In this document: positions 34,655-46,400 of the stretch, one piece after another
How the letters are laid out: each line of letters starts with the position of its first letter
How positions within the stretch are numbered: the first letter of the stretch is position 1
From: TPA_inf: Saccharomyces
Lineage: Eukaryota
NCBI GenBank assembly: GCA_000146045.2
Contig: BK006937.2
Coordinates: forward strand, 224,001-288,000
Direction of reading: 5' to 3'
Length of the DNA stretch: 64,000 nucleotides
Position numbers and translations under genes: made by a program
The notes under the pieces: model-generated
The model's database searches: none
What the model was told of the DNA's origin: nothing
What the model saw: only the letters and a program-made list of their open reading frames with translations

Positions 34655-34882
34655 TCTCAGAATATATCCAAATGGATAAATTATAAATTTACCAATAACA
34701 GTAATTATGTGTCAGTTTTAATACCCAACCAATTGATTCCTCTAAATGATACCGTACCAAATGACATGTTTGCCACCGATTATAAAACTGGGGTTTATGA
34801 GCGATGGTTAAGGAGGATTAAGACAAAGTGCTCATCCGCTTACAAGATCAGTACTAGCGTGTACCAGTCTATTTAAACTGGA

Positions 34883-35269
34883 ATGATCACCCCAAAGGGA
34901 ACGCACGATGCTGTGGCCAAGTTTCAAAAAACTGACCTGCATCAAGATCTCGATTACATCGTACTGCAACAACGAAGAACACAGCTAGAGACGCTTATTA
35001 ACGAAAGAGAATCTTTTGTCAAGAATCTGTGTTCTCTTTTCCACAAAATTCAAAATACCAAGAATTACCAGGAATTTGTTGATGTATTGGCGGAGAATAG
35101 GGATTTACTGCGAGAAATTTTCACTGTAGAGAACGGATTTCAAAAGCAAAAATGGATTAGCAACGACGACATTCCCCAGATAGACTGGGACAAGTTTGCC
35201 CTAGATATCAACGCTTATATAGCAGAGAACGATCAATTGTTGGCTTTGTATGAAGATGGCTTATTATGA
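34883..35269 (+). CDS. AHC2: AHC2 (YCR082W), ADA HAT complex component, 128 aa
   Basis: 128-aa ORF at the expected position between SRB8 and TRX3. Called mainly from size and context. Confidence 0.75.
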   Translation: MITPKGTHDAVAKFQKTDLHQDLDYIVLQQRRTQLETLINERESFVKNLCSLFHKIQNTKNYQEFVDVLAENRDLLREIFTVENGFQKQKWISNDDIPQIDWDKFALDINAYIAENDQLLALYEDGLL

Positions 35270-35577
35270 TCAAATAGCGGCTATGGACATTTTTAAACAT
35301 ATATTTATATATATATACATATATGCGTATATTGCATAAATCACAAAGAAGAACAACGCCCTAGATATAGTGACCCAAAATATTATGTTTAAGTTACTGG
35401 TTGGGGTTCATGTACATTTTTCACTATCTTTTAATTCCAAATGTGGATTGTGCTTCTGCAGATTTTGTTGCCTAGTATTCTGTGATGGAAAAAATTGCCC
35501 CGATGAGATATAAAATGAGCTAGCCCCCTAACCAAAGAAAGCAGGATTGGTTAGTACATAGAGAAACCAAAGCTGTT

Positions 35578-35961
35578 ATGTTGTTCTATAAGCCTGTGAT
35601 GAGGATGGCGGTGAGACCGCTAAAAAGCATAAGATTCCAGTCCTCATACACCAGTATTACTAAATTGACGAACCTAACAGAATTTAGGAATTTGATCAAG
35701 CAAAATGATAAACTAGTCATCGATTTTTATGCTACTTGGTGTGGCCCCTGTAAGATGATGCAACCACACTTAACGAAATTAATTCAGGCTTATCCAGATG
35801 TAAGATTTGTCAAGTGCGACGTGGACGAATCACCAGATATTGCCAAAGAGTGTGAAGTGACGGCTATGCCCACCTTTGTTCTTGGCAAGGATGGCCAACT
35901 CATCGGCAAGATCATTGGAGCTAACCCTACTGCTTTAGAGAAGGGAATCAAAGATCTATAA
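35578..35961 (+). CDS. TRX3: TRX3 (YCR083W), mitochondrial thioredoxin, 127 aa
   Basis: Mitochondrial presequence followed by a thioredoxin fold with active site WCGPC (FYATWCGPCKMMQP). Confidence 0.95.
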   Translation: MLFYKPVMRMAVRPLKSIRFQSSYTSITKLTNLTEFRNLIKQNDKLVIDFYATWCGPCKMMQPHLTKLIQAYPDVRFVKCDVDESPDIAKECEVTAMPTFVLGKDGQLIGKIIGANPTALEKGIKDL

Positions 35962-36026
35962 ATTTTATATTCATGAGCACATGTAGTTTTTTTTTTTTTA
36001 GTTTTAAATATAAGAAAAAAGATAGT

Positions 36027-36057
<31 letters not shown>

Positions 36058-36310
36058 AAAGGAAAGTAAGCTTATACAATACACAAATAAATTCATATCA
36101 AAGAATAATGAACCGCAATATTCAGAAACACAGGAAAAGGAGGGGAAGGGATGAATGGTGAGGAAAGTAACTGTTTGTTTTAAAGCGTACCTGGATCATA
36201 ACATAACAAATAAGTAGATAAAAAAGAATAGAGAGAAAGATATAATGACAATGAATTGAAGAATAGTTTAGTTAGTTACATTTGTAAAGTGTTCCTTTTG
36301 TGTTCTGTTC

Positions 36311-38452
36311 TTAATTTGGCGCTATTTTTTTATACTTCCAAATCCTTGCTTTACAATCACCGCTACCAGTAGCAAAAACGTTATATTCTGGACCCAGCGG
36401 AGACCCGTTTGCCACAGCCACAGATATAACTGAATTCCTATGACCTTGCAACATCAATAACGGATTGCCGGATTTCTTATCCCAAAACAGGACACCACGA
36501 TCTTTGGAACCGGACAAGATGTACTCATCATTTTGTGTGGTGGCCACGGACAATACAAAGTCTTTATGCCCGATATACGTAACTTCACAAGTGCCGGAAT
36601 TTGGAGTTTTCGAATCGCTCTTGTTGTTTGCATTCTGCAAATTCCAGAGCTTAACAGATCTATCTAATGAGCCGGATACAACGCTTTGTCCATCTCTAGT
36701 GAAGACAACGCTATAAACAGAGTCCTTGTGGCCTGTACCGGATTCGTTTTCCGAATCTAGTCTTTCCACCAAGAATCCGGTCTCGGAATCCCAAACTCTC
36801 ACAGCACGATCTAGAGAACCAGCAGCGATGTATTTACCATCACCTGGTGATACAGCGACGGTGGTAACACCATCTTCAATGGATAAAGTCAATGAACACT
36901 GGCCTGTACGTAAGTCCCAAATACGAACGGTACGGTCACCAGAACCGGAGACTAATTTGTCACCTGAGGGAAAGTAGTCCAATGAATAAATATCTTGTTC
37001 GTGGCCTTGAAGAATCATAACAATCTTTCTATTTTCAATATCCCAAATTCTAATCAGTCTGTCTTCAGCACCTGTTGCCAAAAATTTCCCATCTGGAGAA
37101 AAACACACTGAACGGATATACAAGTCGGATGATGGGGAAGACGAAGTGTTCAGGTTTTCCACATCTTTTGCCAATTCTGCTGCCGAAGTCATCGCTGTGG
37201 TAGTAATTGTGGTGGTAGTAGTGGTTGTCATTGTATTGTTATCCGTGGACGTGGTGGTGTTATTTTCAGTGATCGAATTTCGATGGTTATTGGCAGCAGA
37301 ATCGTCAGATAGACGGGCCACCAGAGAACCATCTGAAACGCGATACACTTGAGTAGTTTTGTTGCAGCCTGTGGCTAAGTATTCACCATCGTTACTGAAC
37401 TTCACGCAACAAACAACTGAAGTATGATCCAAAGATTTGTGTAACTCAACGTCAATTTCTCTTGGTAGTGCCGGGTTGTATAAAATATAATAATCATTTG
37501 TTTGCTTCTTCAGAGCATCGGGAACAGACTGGGAATCTAGATCCAAAAGGAAAGGTGGGATAGGTTTAGAGTGGTTTGCTCTTTGATTATAAGGGACTAA
37601 GTAGTGATCCTGGTGCAAACTAGCCGGGGTGGCGTCTTCCTCCTTAGGTTTGATTTCAGTTTCAGTTGCGGTGGTAGTGGTGGCCGTGGTGGCGGATCCG
37701 GTGTCATTTATCTTCGAGGTATTATTATTTTCCGGTTCAGTTTCTTTCAACGTAGATTCAGGTGCCTTGACAGAGGGTAAAGTAGTGGTCTCTTTAGAAG
37801 TAGGAGATCCGTTGATGGCTGTGTTACTCAATGGTGCCACGGAAACCTGGGGAGGTGGTTGCTGTTGTTGAAGTTGCTGCTGTTGCAGTTGCTGTTGTGG
37901 TAGTTGTTGTTGGGCGTTTGAGGACACCACAGGCAAAGTGGTGGTAGGCAACTGTGAGCCAACCAGATTAGGACGGCTAGCTTGTACTGGGAAGGCCGAT
38001 GGCGAACCAGTAGTTGTGTTTGCTGCTGGAGTGGCGGTGGCCGAAGTAGTAGCCGGTGGTTGTTGCGCAACTGGAACAGATGCAGATGCAGCGGCTAGCT
38101 GCTGCTGTTGCTGTTGTAAATGCTGCTGGACCTGTTGCTGCTGTTGCTGTTGCCGCTGTTGCTGGACGGTCAAAGATGCAATTTGATGGTCTCTTTGCTC
38201 CAGCCCTAGTTTCAAGTGCTTGATCTCTTCTTCGTACGCGTCCTTCATTTTCCTGTGAGTTAGTTCCAGTTCGTAGACGGTGTTTCTTATCTGCTGCATC
38301 TCAGCCAGCTGCTGGTTCATTTTGAAATCGTAATCCTTTTGGTTTTGAAGACGGTAGGTATTTGCCTCTTGTGAGACTTGGAGAAACTCCTGTCTGATGG
38401 CATCGAGAAGCTCATTCAGCTTATTCTGCGTATTCGAAACGCTGGCAGTCAT
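36311..38452 (-). CDS. TUP1: TUP1 (YCR084C), general transcriptional corepressor, 713 aa
   Basis: N-terminal coiled coil ([45 protein letters not shown]...), two polyQ tracts, and seven C-terminal WD40 repeats. Confidence 0.97.
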   Translation of the reverse strand: MTASVSNTQNKLNELLDAIRQEFLQVSQEANTYRLQNQKDYDFKMNQQLAEMQQIRNTVYELELTHRKMKDAYEEEIKHLKLGLEQRDHQIASLTVQQQRQQQQQQQVQQHLQQQQQQLAAASASVPVAQQPPATTSATATPAANTTTGSPSAFPVQASRPNLVGSQLPTTTLPVVSSNAQQQLPQQQLQQQQLQQQQPPPQVSVAPLSNTAINGSPTSKETTTLPSVKAPESTLKETEPENNNTSKINDTGSATTATTTTATETEIKPKEEDATPASLHQDHYLVPYNQRANHSKPIPPFLLDLDSQSVPDALKKQTNDYYILYNPALPREIDVELHKSLDHTSVVCCVKFSNDGEYLATGCNKTTQVYRVSDGSLVARLSDDSAANNHRNSITENNTTTSTDNNTMTTTTTTTITTTAMTSAAELAKDVENLNTSSSPSSDLYIRSVCFSPDGKFLATGAEDRLIRIWDIENRKIVMILQGHEQDIYSLDYFPSGDKLVSGSGDRTVRIWDLRTGQCSLTLSIEDGVTTVAVSPGDGKYIAAGSLDRAVRVWDSETGFLVERLDSENESGTGHKDSVYSVVFTRDGQSVVSGSLDRSVKLWNLQNANNKSDSKTPNSGTCEVTYIGHKDFVLSVATTQNDEYILSGSKDRGVLFWDKKSGNPLLMLQGHRNSVISVAVANGSPLGPEYNVFATGSGDCKARIWKYKKIAPN
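37858..38165 (-). repeat. Two CAG/CAA (polyQ-coding) trinucleotide tracts in TUP1 (about 37858-37912 and 38092-38165)
   Basis: The plus strand shows ttgctgttgttgaagttgctgctgttgcagttgctgttg... and tgctgctgttgctgttgtaaatgctgctggacctgttgctgctgttgctgttgccgctgttgctg. Confidence 0.85.
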
Positions 38453-39391
38453 ATTGGTTTGGATGGAAAGCTGATTTCTTTCTTCCCCTGCTTATCAAAA
38501 AAGACAAAAAAACAATAGAAAAAGAGTAGTGGTGTGCGAAAGGTAACTTGGCGTGAAAGAAAATTAAACAATTGCAGAAGGACAGATAGAGGGGCACGTG
38601 TTCAGCCAGTTGTTCTTGCTTCGCTGATGTTTATCAATTGGGGGTAGATGGGGGAATTTCTCTCTATTTGTTTACTTATGTACTTGTTATTTTGTTTTGT
38701 TGTTTGTTGCTTTGACGGGAGAGCTTTTTAATTTTTTCGCAGTTTTTCAGTGTTTTTTGAAAAGTACGAAAAATTAAGGTCCGTCGGTAGCGATAATGTA
38801 AGAGGGTTCTGTCTCTAAAAATGTTAGGGTGAAAGTTCCAAAAAATTATTAACTCCTAGATTGCTCAGCCAAAAAGAAGGGTAAATTAGGGCTTTCCTGG
38901 TTTATTTATTTGTTTATGTTGTTCTTATATACATATGTTTATGTCTTTTTATGTACAAATAATGATGTTTACAATGAAACATCTGTTATGCTATCAAAAA
39001 CGTCAGCGCATTGTTTTATAGCTGAAGAAGTTACAACGGATAACGGTCTGATTTGCGGCCTGGCAATGCTTGGTAAAACTAAATATCAATTTTACGAATT
39101 ATTTACTGTATATAGTATTCAGTCCCTCACTCAACTGGCGTCAAGAGTGAAGAAGGGCGGCCTCATTATGGCTCGCCTTATTCTGTTCACCCTCTGCGCT
39201 CTTCCCGTATTATTTCATTTTATTTTGTTTATGCTTCAATATCTTGTATTTGTTTACATTGAAAAATGATTGGAAAAAGGTCACATTGAAATCAAAACAG
39301 TGAAGAAGCAGACAGACAAGAAGGTCATTAGATAGATAAACAGGAACAATAAAAAAAAGAAAGCGAAACAAGACAATCCAACGTGCGCAAA

Positions 39392-39964
39392 ATGGATCCA
39401 TTGACTGTATACAAAAACTCAGTGAAACAACAGATCGATTCCGCAGACTTACTAGTGGCAAATTTGGTAAATGAGAATTTCGTACTGTCGGAGAAGCTGG
39501 ATACAAAAGCAACCGAGATCAAACAGCTGCAGAAGCAGATAGACTCGCTAAACGCACAAGTCAAGGAGCTGAAGACTCAGACTTCCCAACAGGCAGAAAA
39601 TTCAGAAGTCATAAAGGACCTTTACGAGTACCTCTGTAACGTACGTGTACATAAAAGCTACGAGGATGATTCTGGGTTGTGGTTCGACATCTCGCAGGGC
39701 ACCCACTCAGGGGGATCTTCCGATGATTATTCGATAATGGACTATAAACTCGGATTTGTCAAGGGCCAGGCCCAAGTCACAGAAGTCATATATGCGCCCG
39801 TTCTTAAACAGCGATCCACCGAGGAACTATACTCGCTACAGTCGAAACTACCGGAATACCTCTTCGAAACGTTGAGTTTCCCCCTCTCGTCGCTAAACCA
39901 ATTCTATAACAAAATCGCTAAAAGCCTGAATAAGAAAAGAGAGAAAAAAGATGAAACCGAGTAA
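39392..39964 (+). CDS. CSM1: CSM1 (YCR086W), monopolin/nucleolar cohibin subunit, 190 aa
   Basis: N-terminal coiled coil (EKLDTKATEIKQLQKQIDSLNAQVKELKTQTSQQAEN) and a C-terminal globular domain. The ATG at 39392 gives 190 aa. Confidence 0.85.
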   Translation: MDPLTVYKNSVKQQIDSADLLVANLVNENFVLSEKLDTKATEIKQLQKQIDSLNAQVKELKTQTSQQAENSEVIKDLYEYLCNVRVHKSYEDDSGLWFDISQGTHSGGSSDDYSIMDYKLGFVKGQAQVTEVIYAPVLKQRSTEELYSLQSKLPEYLFETLSFPLSSLNQFYNKIAKSLNKKREKKDETE

Positions 39965-40005
39965 GCTGCTACATAATGTCTATATATCTACACATAAAAT
40001 TCCGA

Positions 40006-40467
40006 TTATTCCTTTGCATACCTGATTTGCCCCTCAGAATCCACAACCAGACTTTTCAAGAAGGTCTTTTTTGCCCCTTTATCCTTCATGGTTTTCAAAA
40101 TTTTGTACAACGACTTGCCCTTGTGAAGCTCGATACCGTTCGAGGTCTTTTCCACTTTCTCTGCCTTCTTGATCACAGGCTTCTCCACTTTCTTTGCAGG
40201 AGTTGCCACTGGCTGGTGCTGGTGCTGCTTCTGCTGCTGCTTCTGCTGCTGCTTCTGCTTCTGCTTCTTGTTGCCCTTGTACAACGCTTTCTGGTACTTC
40301 TCGTCCTCGCTGATGCAAGACGTGTGATTCTTGTAACTCACGCCATCTTCAAACGTCTTGGAGCAATCTATGCATGTATAGTACGCGTTAGGACATCTAT
40401 AATAATGCTTTTCGGTATTCTTCTTGGGCACAGTATCATTACACACCTCACAGTTGAACGTAACCAT
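40006..40467 (-). CDS. YCR087C-A: YCR087C-A, nucleolar C2H2 zinc-finger protein (LYAR-type), 153 aa
   Basis: MVTFNCEVCNDTVPKKNTEKHYYRCPNAYYTCIDCSKTFEDGVSYKNHTSCISEDEKYQKALY is a LYAR-type zinc finger, followed by a K/Q-rich tail. The codon composition is coding-like. Confidence 0.85.
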   Translation of the reverse strand: MVTFNCEVCNDTVPKKNTEKHYYRCPNAYYTCIDCSKTFEDGVSYKNHTSCISEDEKYQKALYKGNKKQKQKQQQKQQQKQHQHQPVATPAKKVEKPVIKKAEKVEKTSNGIELHKGKSLYKILKTMKDKGAKKTFLKSLVVDSEGQIRYAKE

Positions 40468-41067
40468 CCTGTAATAACAAATATTTCTTGACTGAGACCG
40501 TTTGCTGTTGTATACAGAATACTCTTAGAGCTCATCGCAAGTTAAAAATTTTCAATTTTTTTTCACTTTTTCCCGTCAAGGCAAAAAGCAACCAAAAGAG
40601 AATGAACCTTTATTTTTGATTTATTTATTATGAGATGCTGCTAGTCCACTCATCTGCATCAATGTAGTAGTCACAAAGCTAATATTTAGACGTTACTTTG
40701 ATATCTCTGTCCATGAGAGCACTTATTTTAGGAAGTTAAATGAGACAGTCAATAGTTCACAATATCCCGTCAGCAATGGAGGGAAAAGGCATTCCTTTTC
40801 CATAGGATTTTAATCGTTTTCAAGCATCATACGCCCTCGAGGAACTCTTGTTTTCGCTTTACTATGCAACCATTGATGTATTTCTGTATAAATGTGCGTC
40901 ACGTGGCCTTGTGTCTCTTATTTCCACTTGTTTTTTCACAATGCGGAAAACCTCGATTAAAGTAGAAAAAAAGGATATAATAGGAGTATACCATATTGGA
41001 TAGTTCAATCTATAAACAAACAATCGCATAACCGCACGTATATACACGCACACACCTATCAATCACA

Positions 41068-42846
41068 ATGGCTTTGGAACCTATTGATTATACTACTCAC
41101 TCGAGAGAGATCGACGCAGAGTACCTGAAGATTGTCAGAGGCTCCGATCCTGACACCACCTGGTTGATTATTTCACCCAATGCGAAAAAAGAATACGAAC
41201 CTGAGTCTACCGGTTCCTCCTTTCACGATTTCTTGCAATTGTTTGATGAAACCAAGGTCCAGTACGGACTGGCACGTGTGTCCCCACCAGGGTCAGACGT
41301 TGAGAAGATTATTATCATTGGTTGGTGTCCTGATTCTGCGCCATTGAAGACAAGGGCCTCTTTCGCCGCCAATTTTGCTGCAGTTGCTAATAATCTGTTC
41401 AAGGGTTACCACGTTCAAGTTACCGCCAGAGACGAGGACGATCTTGACGAAAATGAACTGTTGATGAAAATCAGTAACGCGGCCGGTGCCCGTTATTCTA
41501 TTCAGACTTCCTCCAAGCAACAGGGGAAGGCTTCCACTCCTCCCGTGAAGAAATCCTTCACACCTTCCAAGAGCCCTGCTCCAGTTTCTAAGAAGGAACC
41601 AGTCAAGACTCCTTCCCCAGCACCTGCTGCTAAGATTTCTTCCCGTGTTAACGACAACAATGACGACGACGATTGGAATGAGCCTGAATTAAAGGAACGC
41701 GACTTCGATCAGGCTCCCCTGAAACCAAATCAATCATCTTACAAACCAATTGGCAAAATCGACTTGCAAAAAGTGATTGCTGAAGAAAAGGCTAAGGAGG
41801 ACCCACGTCTTGTTCAAAAGCCAACCGCTGCTGGTTCCAAGATTGATCCTAGTTCTGATATCGCTAATTTAAAGAACGAATCAAAATTAAAGAGGGACTC
41901 CGAGTTTAACTCCTTTTTGGGCACCACTAAACCCCCCTCCATGACGGAATCTTCATTAAAGAATGATGATGATAAAGTCATTAAGGGTTTTAGAAACGAG
42001 AAATCACCTGCTCAATTATGGGCCGAAAGAAAGGCAAAGCAAAACAGCGGCAACGCCGAAACTAAGGCTGAGGCACCAAAACCTGAAGTTCCAGAAGATG
42101 AGCCTGAAGGTGAACCTGACGTCAAAGATTTGAAATCAAAATTTGAAGGATTGGCCGCTTCAGAAAAAGAGGAGGAAGAAATGGAAAACAAATTTGCTCC
42201 TCCTCCAAAGAAATCAGAACCAACTATTATCTCACCAAAACCCTTCTCCAAGCCACAAGAACCTGTGAAAGCTGAAGAAGCCGAGCAGCCTAAGACTGAT
42301 TACAAGAAGATCGGCAACCCATTACCCGGTATGCACATTGAAGCGGATAATGAGGAAGAACCAGAAGAGAATGATGATGACTGGGATGATGATGAAGACG
42401 AGGCTGCTCAACCTCCTTTGCCTTCGAGGAATGTTGCGTCAGGAGCACCAGTGCAAAAAGAAGAGCCTGAACAAGAAGAGATCGCCCCAAGCTTACCTTC
42501 TAGAAACTCGATCCCAGCTCCAAAACAAGAAGAAGCACCTGAACAAGCACCTGAAGAAGAAATTGAAGAAGAAGCTGAGGAAGCCGCTCCACAGCTGCCA
42601 TCAAGAAGCTCTGCAGCTCCTCCTCCGCCTCCAAGACGAGCAACTCCAGAGAAAAAGCCAAAGGAAAATCCTTGGGCCACAGCAGAATATGATTACGATG
42701 CTGCAGAAGATAACGAACTGACCTTTGTGGAAAATGACAAGATTATCAATATTGAATTTGTCGACGATGACTGGTGGCTAGGGGAACTAGAGAAAGACGG
42801 CTCAAAAGGTCTCTTCCCCAGCAATTATGTGTCTTTGGGCAACTAG
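41068..42846 (+). CDS. ABP1: ABP1 (YCR088W), actin-binding protein with ADF-H and SH3 domains, 592 aa
   Basis: N-terminal ADF-homology domain, a central acidic/Pro-rich region with two acidic DDW motifs (NDDDDDWNE; ENDDDWDDDEDE), PxxP motifs (PPLPSR, PQLPSR) and a C-terminal SH3 domain (PWATAEYDYDAAEDNELTFVENDKIINIEFVDDDWWLGELEKDGSKGLFPSNYVSL). Confidence 0.97.
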   Translation: MALEPIDYTTHSREIDAEYLKIVRGSDPDTTWLIISPNAKKEYEPESTGSSFHDFLQLFDETKVQYGLARVSPPGSDVEKIIIIGWCPDSAPLKTRASFAANFAAVANNLFKGYHVQVTARDEDDLDENELLMKISNAAGARYSIQTSSKQQGKASTPPVKKSFTPSKSPAPVSKKEPVKTPSPAPAAKISSRVNDNNDDDDWNEPELKERDFDQAPLKPNQSSYKPIGKIDLQKVIAEEKAKEDPRLVQKPTAAGSKIDPSSDIANLKNESKLKRDSEFNSFLGTTKPPSMTESSLKNDDDKVIKGFRNEKSPAQLWAERKAKQNSGNAETKAEAPKPEVPEDEPEGEPDVKDLKSKFEGLAASEKEEEEMENKFAPPPKKSEPTIISPKPFSKPQEPVKAEEAEQPKTDYKKIGNPLPGMHIEADNEEEPEENDDDWDDDEDEAAQPPLPSRNVASGAPVQKEEPEQEEIAPSLPSRNSIPAPKQEEAPEQAPEEEIEEEAEEAAPQLPSRSSAAPPPPPRRATPEKKPKENPWATAEYDYDAAEDNELTFVENDKIINIEFVDDDWWLGELEKDGSKGLFPSNYVSLGN

Positions 42847-43078
42847 AATCACACGTCAGCGTCATGCTATTATATTATTCTTACGTAAAAAAATACTTAC
42901 AGAGACGTTAAAGCTTTTGTATAGATACTTTCACGAGCCTTCCCTTTCAGTAAAATGAACAAATTATTTTGCCTTGTCCTTCTTTGTTTCAAGCGTTTAT
43001 ATGACTCCTCTACAGTATTATTTTTCAACAGACGGTGTGCCCGTACGGCGTTGTCAAAACCTCGAACATAAAACAACA

Positions 43079-43085
43079 CTGAAAC
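43079..43085 (+). promoter_or_regulatory. Pheromone response element (Ste12 site, TGAAACA) about 350 bp upstream of FIG2
   Basis: Exact TGAAACA match at 43079-43085 in the FIG2 5' region. FIG2 is pheromone-induced. Confidence 0.35.
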
Positions 43086-43433
43086 AAACTTATTGCACTC
43101 CTGCATCGCATACAGATCTGATACTTACTACAACCATAATGCTGTTTTAGAATCGCATCAGGTGTTTACCAGAAGTGTATGGTACATGGTGCTTTCCTTA
43201 TGCTCACTATTTCGGATTTACTTCTAGTCTATGTATAGATTTGTTAGAGACCAGTTTTAAGCTACAATGGAACGTTAAGATTAAGAAATGCATGAAGAGT
43301 CTCCCAGTAGATATATAAAGCTGAATTAAATTCAGTACAATGGAAGTTTCCACGTCTTTCTGTATTTTCATACCTTTAATTATAGGAAAAGCACACTACA
43401 AAAATACGCTATCATCTACCGAATATAACTGCA

Positions 43434-46400
43434 ATGAACTCATTTGCGTCATTAGGTCTGATATATTCAGTAGTAAACCTTTTAACTAGAGTAGAGGCTC
43501 AAATTGTGTTCTACCAGAATAGTAGTACTTCACTGCCTGTCCCTACTTTAGTATCCACCTCAATAGCAGATTTTCACGAGTCCTCATCAACTGGCGAAGT
43601 GCAGTATTCATCCTCTTATTCGTATGTGCAGCCCTCAATAGACTCCTTCACTTCATCTAGCTTCTTAACAAGTTTTGAAGCTCCTACCGAAACTTCTTCC
43701 AGCTATGCAGTTTCTTCCTCATTGATAACTTCTGATACTTTTTCTTCATACTCTGATATCTTCGATGAAGAAACAAGTTCATTAATATCAACCTCAGCTG
43801 CCTCATCGGAGAAAGCCTCGTCCACCCTTTCTTCAACTGCACAACCTCATAGGACATCTCACTCTTCCTCTTCATTCGAGCTACCAGTCACTGCTCCATC
43901 ATCCTCTAGTTTACCGTCCTCAACTTCATTGACATTTACGTCAGTTAATCCATCTCAAAGTTGGACTTCATTTAACTCAGAAAAATCTAGCGCTCTTTCC
44001 TCAACCATAGATTTTACTTCTTCTGAGATTTCAGGTTCAACATCTCCAAAGAGCCTGGAAAGTTTCGATACCACCGGTACTATAACTTCATCTTATTCTC
44101 CTTCTCCTTCTTCAAAAAATTCTAACCAGACCTCACTACTCAGCCCATTGGAGCCTCTGTCCAGTTCTTCAGGAGATTTAATATTGAGTTCAACTATTCA
44201 AGCTACTACCAATGACCAAACTTCAAAAACTATTCCAACTCTTGTTGACGCCACATCGTCATTACCACCAACATTGAGGTCATCCAGTATGGCACCAACA
44301 AGTGGTTCTGATTCAATCTCACACAACTTTACGAGCCCCCCCTCTAAAACAAGTGGTAACTACGATGTTTTGACTTCAAACTCAATAGATCCTTCTCTAT
44401 TTACAACTACGAGTGAATATTCATCTACACAATTGTCGAGTTTAAATCGGGCCTCAAAAAGTGAAACAGTTAATTTCACTGCTTCTATTGCTTCCACACC
44501 ATTTGGTACAGATTCGGCTACTTCTCTAATAGACCCCATTAGTTCAGTGGGTTCTACAGCATCTAGCTTTGTGGGAATTTCAACCGCCAATTTTAGTACA
44601 CAAGGGAACTCGAACTATGTTCCTGAATCAACTGCAAGTGGAAGTTCACAATACCAGGACTGGTCAAGCTCTTCTCTTCCGCTGTCACAAACCACTTGGG
44701 TTGTCATCAACACAACTAATACACAAGGGTCTGTAACGTCAACCACATCCCCGGCTTATGTTTCTACGGCCACCAAAACGGTTGACGGGGTGATCACCGA
44801 ATATGTTACATGGTGTCCTCTAACACAAACCAAATCACAAGCAATTGGGGTCAGTTCGTCCATTTCTAGCGTTCCACAAGCCTCCTCATTTAGCGGTAGT
44901 TCTATTTTGAGCTCCAATTCCAGCACTCTTGCTGCCTCGAACAACGTTCCTGAATCAACTGCAAGCGGAAGTTCACAATACCAGGACTGGTCAAGCTCTT
45001 CTCTTCCGCTGTCACAAACCACTTGGGTTGTCATCAACACAACTAATACACAAGGGTCTGTAACGTCAACCACATCCCCGGCTTATGTTTCTACGGCCAC
45101 CAAAACGGTTGACGGGGTGATCACCGAATATGTTACATGGTGTCCTCTAACACAAACCAAATCACAAGCAATTGGGATCAGTTCATCCACGATTAGCGCC
45201 ACACAAACCTCTAAACCATCTTCAATATTAACATTGGGGATATCGACCTTACAATTGTCTGATGCCACATTTAAGGGGACTGAAACTATAAACACCCATC
45301 TCATGACCGAAAGTACTTCAATCACAGAGCCCACCTATTTTAGTGGCACATCGGATAGTTTTTATTTGTGCACCAGTGAAGTTAATCTTGCGTCTTCCTT
45401 ATCTTCTTATCCAAATTTTTCATCTTCAGAAGGCTCTACGGCGACCATTACTAACTCTACCGTTACATTTGGATCGACCAGCAAGTATCCATCTACTAGT
45501 GTATCTAACCCAACAGAAGCCAGCCAACATGTGAGCTCTAGTGTGAACTCACTCACTGATTTTACTTCAAATTCAACCGAAACCATCGCAGTTATATCTA
45601 ATATTCACAAAACTTCGTCAAATAAAGACTATTCATTGACGACTACGCAATTAAAGACCAGCGGAATGCAAACGCTTGTGCTTTCTACTGTCACAACAAC
45701 GGTGAACGGTGCTGCTACGGAATACACAACGTGGTGCCCGGCATCAAGTATTGCTTATACGACATCCATATCATATAAAACATTAGTTTTGACCACTGAA
45801 GTCTGCTCTCATTCTGAGTGTACTCCAACGGTTATTACCAGTGTTACTGCAACAAGCTCTACAATCCCCCTTTTATCAACCTCTAGCTCTACGGTATTAT
45901 CTTCTACAGTATCCGAAGGTGCAAAAAATCCCGCTGCTTCTGAAGTAACTATTAATACCCAAGTTTCTGCTACTTCCGAAGCTACTAGTACTAGCACTCA
46001 AGTGTCTGCTACTTCTGCGACGGCCACTGCTAGCGAGAGTTCAACCACATCCCAGGTTTCTACTGCTTCCGAAACTATTAGCACTCTCGGTACTCAAAAC
46101 TTTACCACTACTGGAAGCTTACTTTTCCCGGCTTTGTCTACTGAAATGATAAATACTACTGTGGTTTCCCGAAAAACCCTAATTATTAGTACAGAGGTAT
46201 GTTCCCATTCCAAATGTGTCCCAACAGTCATTACCGAGGTTGTTACTTCGAAAGGCACGCCTTCTAATGGACATTCTTCTCAAACTCTACAAACGGAGGC
46301 AGTAGAGGTGACATTGTCATCCCATCAAACCGTAACTATGAGTACCGAAGTATGTTCTAATTCGATTTGCACACCGACTGTTATTACATCTGTGCAAATG

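Noticed and set aside
36465-38186. Plus-strand ORFs inside TUP1, including Cys-rich and Val-rich runs ([29 protein letters not shown])
   Set aside because: Antisense translation of CAG/CAA (polyQ) and ACC/ACT (polyT) codon runs in TUP1.
38910-39269. 119-aa plus-strand ORF in the TUP1-CSM1 intergenic region (YCR085W-like)
   Set aside because: AT-rich and hydrophobic low-complexity sequence (MFMLFLYTYVYVFL...) sitting in the TUP1 promoter/5' UTR region. It is likely non-coding.
39976-40491. 171-aa ORF antisense to YCR087C-A (YCR087W-like)
   Set aside because: The poly-Leu run is produced by the antisense of a K/Q repeat. The opposite strand encodes a clear zinc-finger protein.
42290-42721. 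Overlapping ORFs on both strands inside ABP1 (His-rich and Lys-rich peptides)
   Set aside because: Alternative-frame translations of the ABP1 acidic/Pro-rich low-complexity region, GAA/GAT-rich DNA.
44756-45334. Two minus-strand ORFs inside FIG2 that share an identical 33-aa peptide
   Set aside because: Artefact of the 327-bp tandem duplication and of codon-biased S/T-rich coding sequence on the opposite strand.
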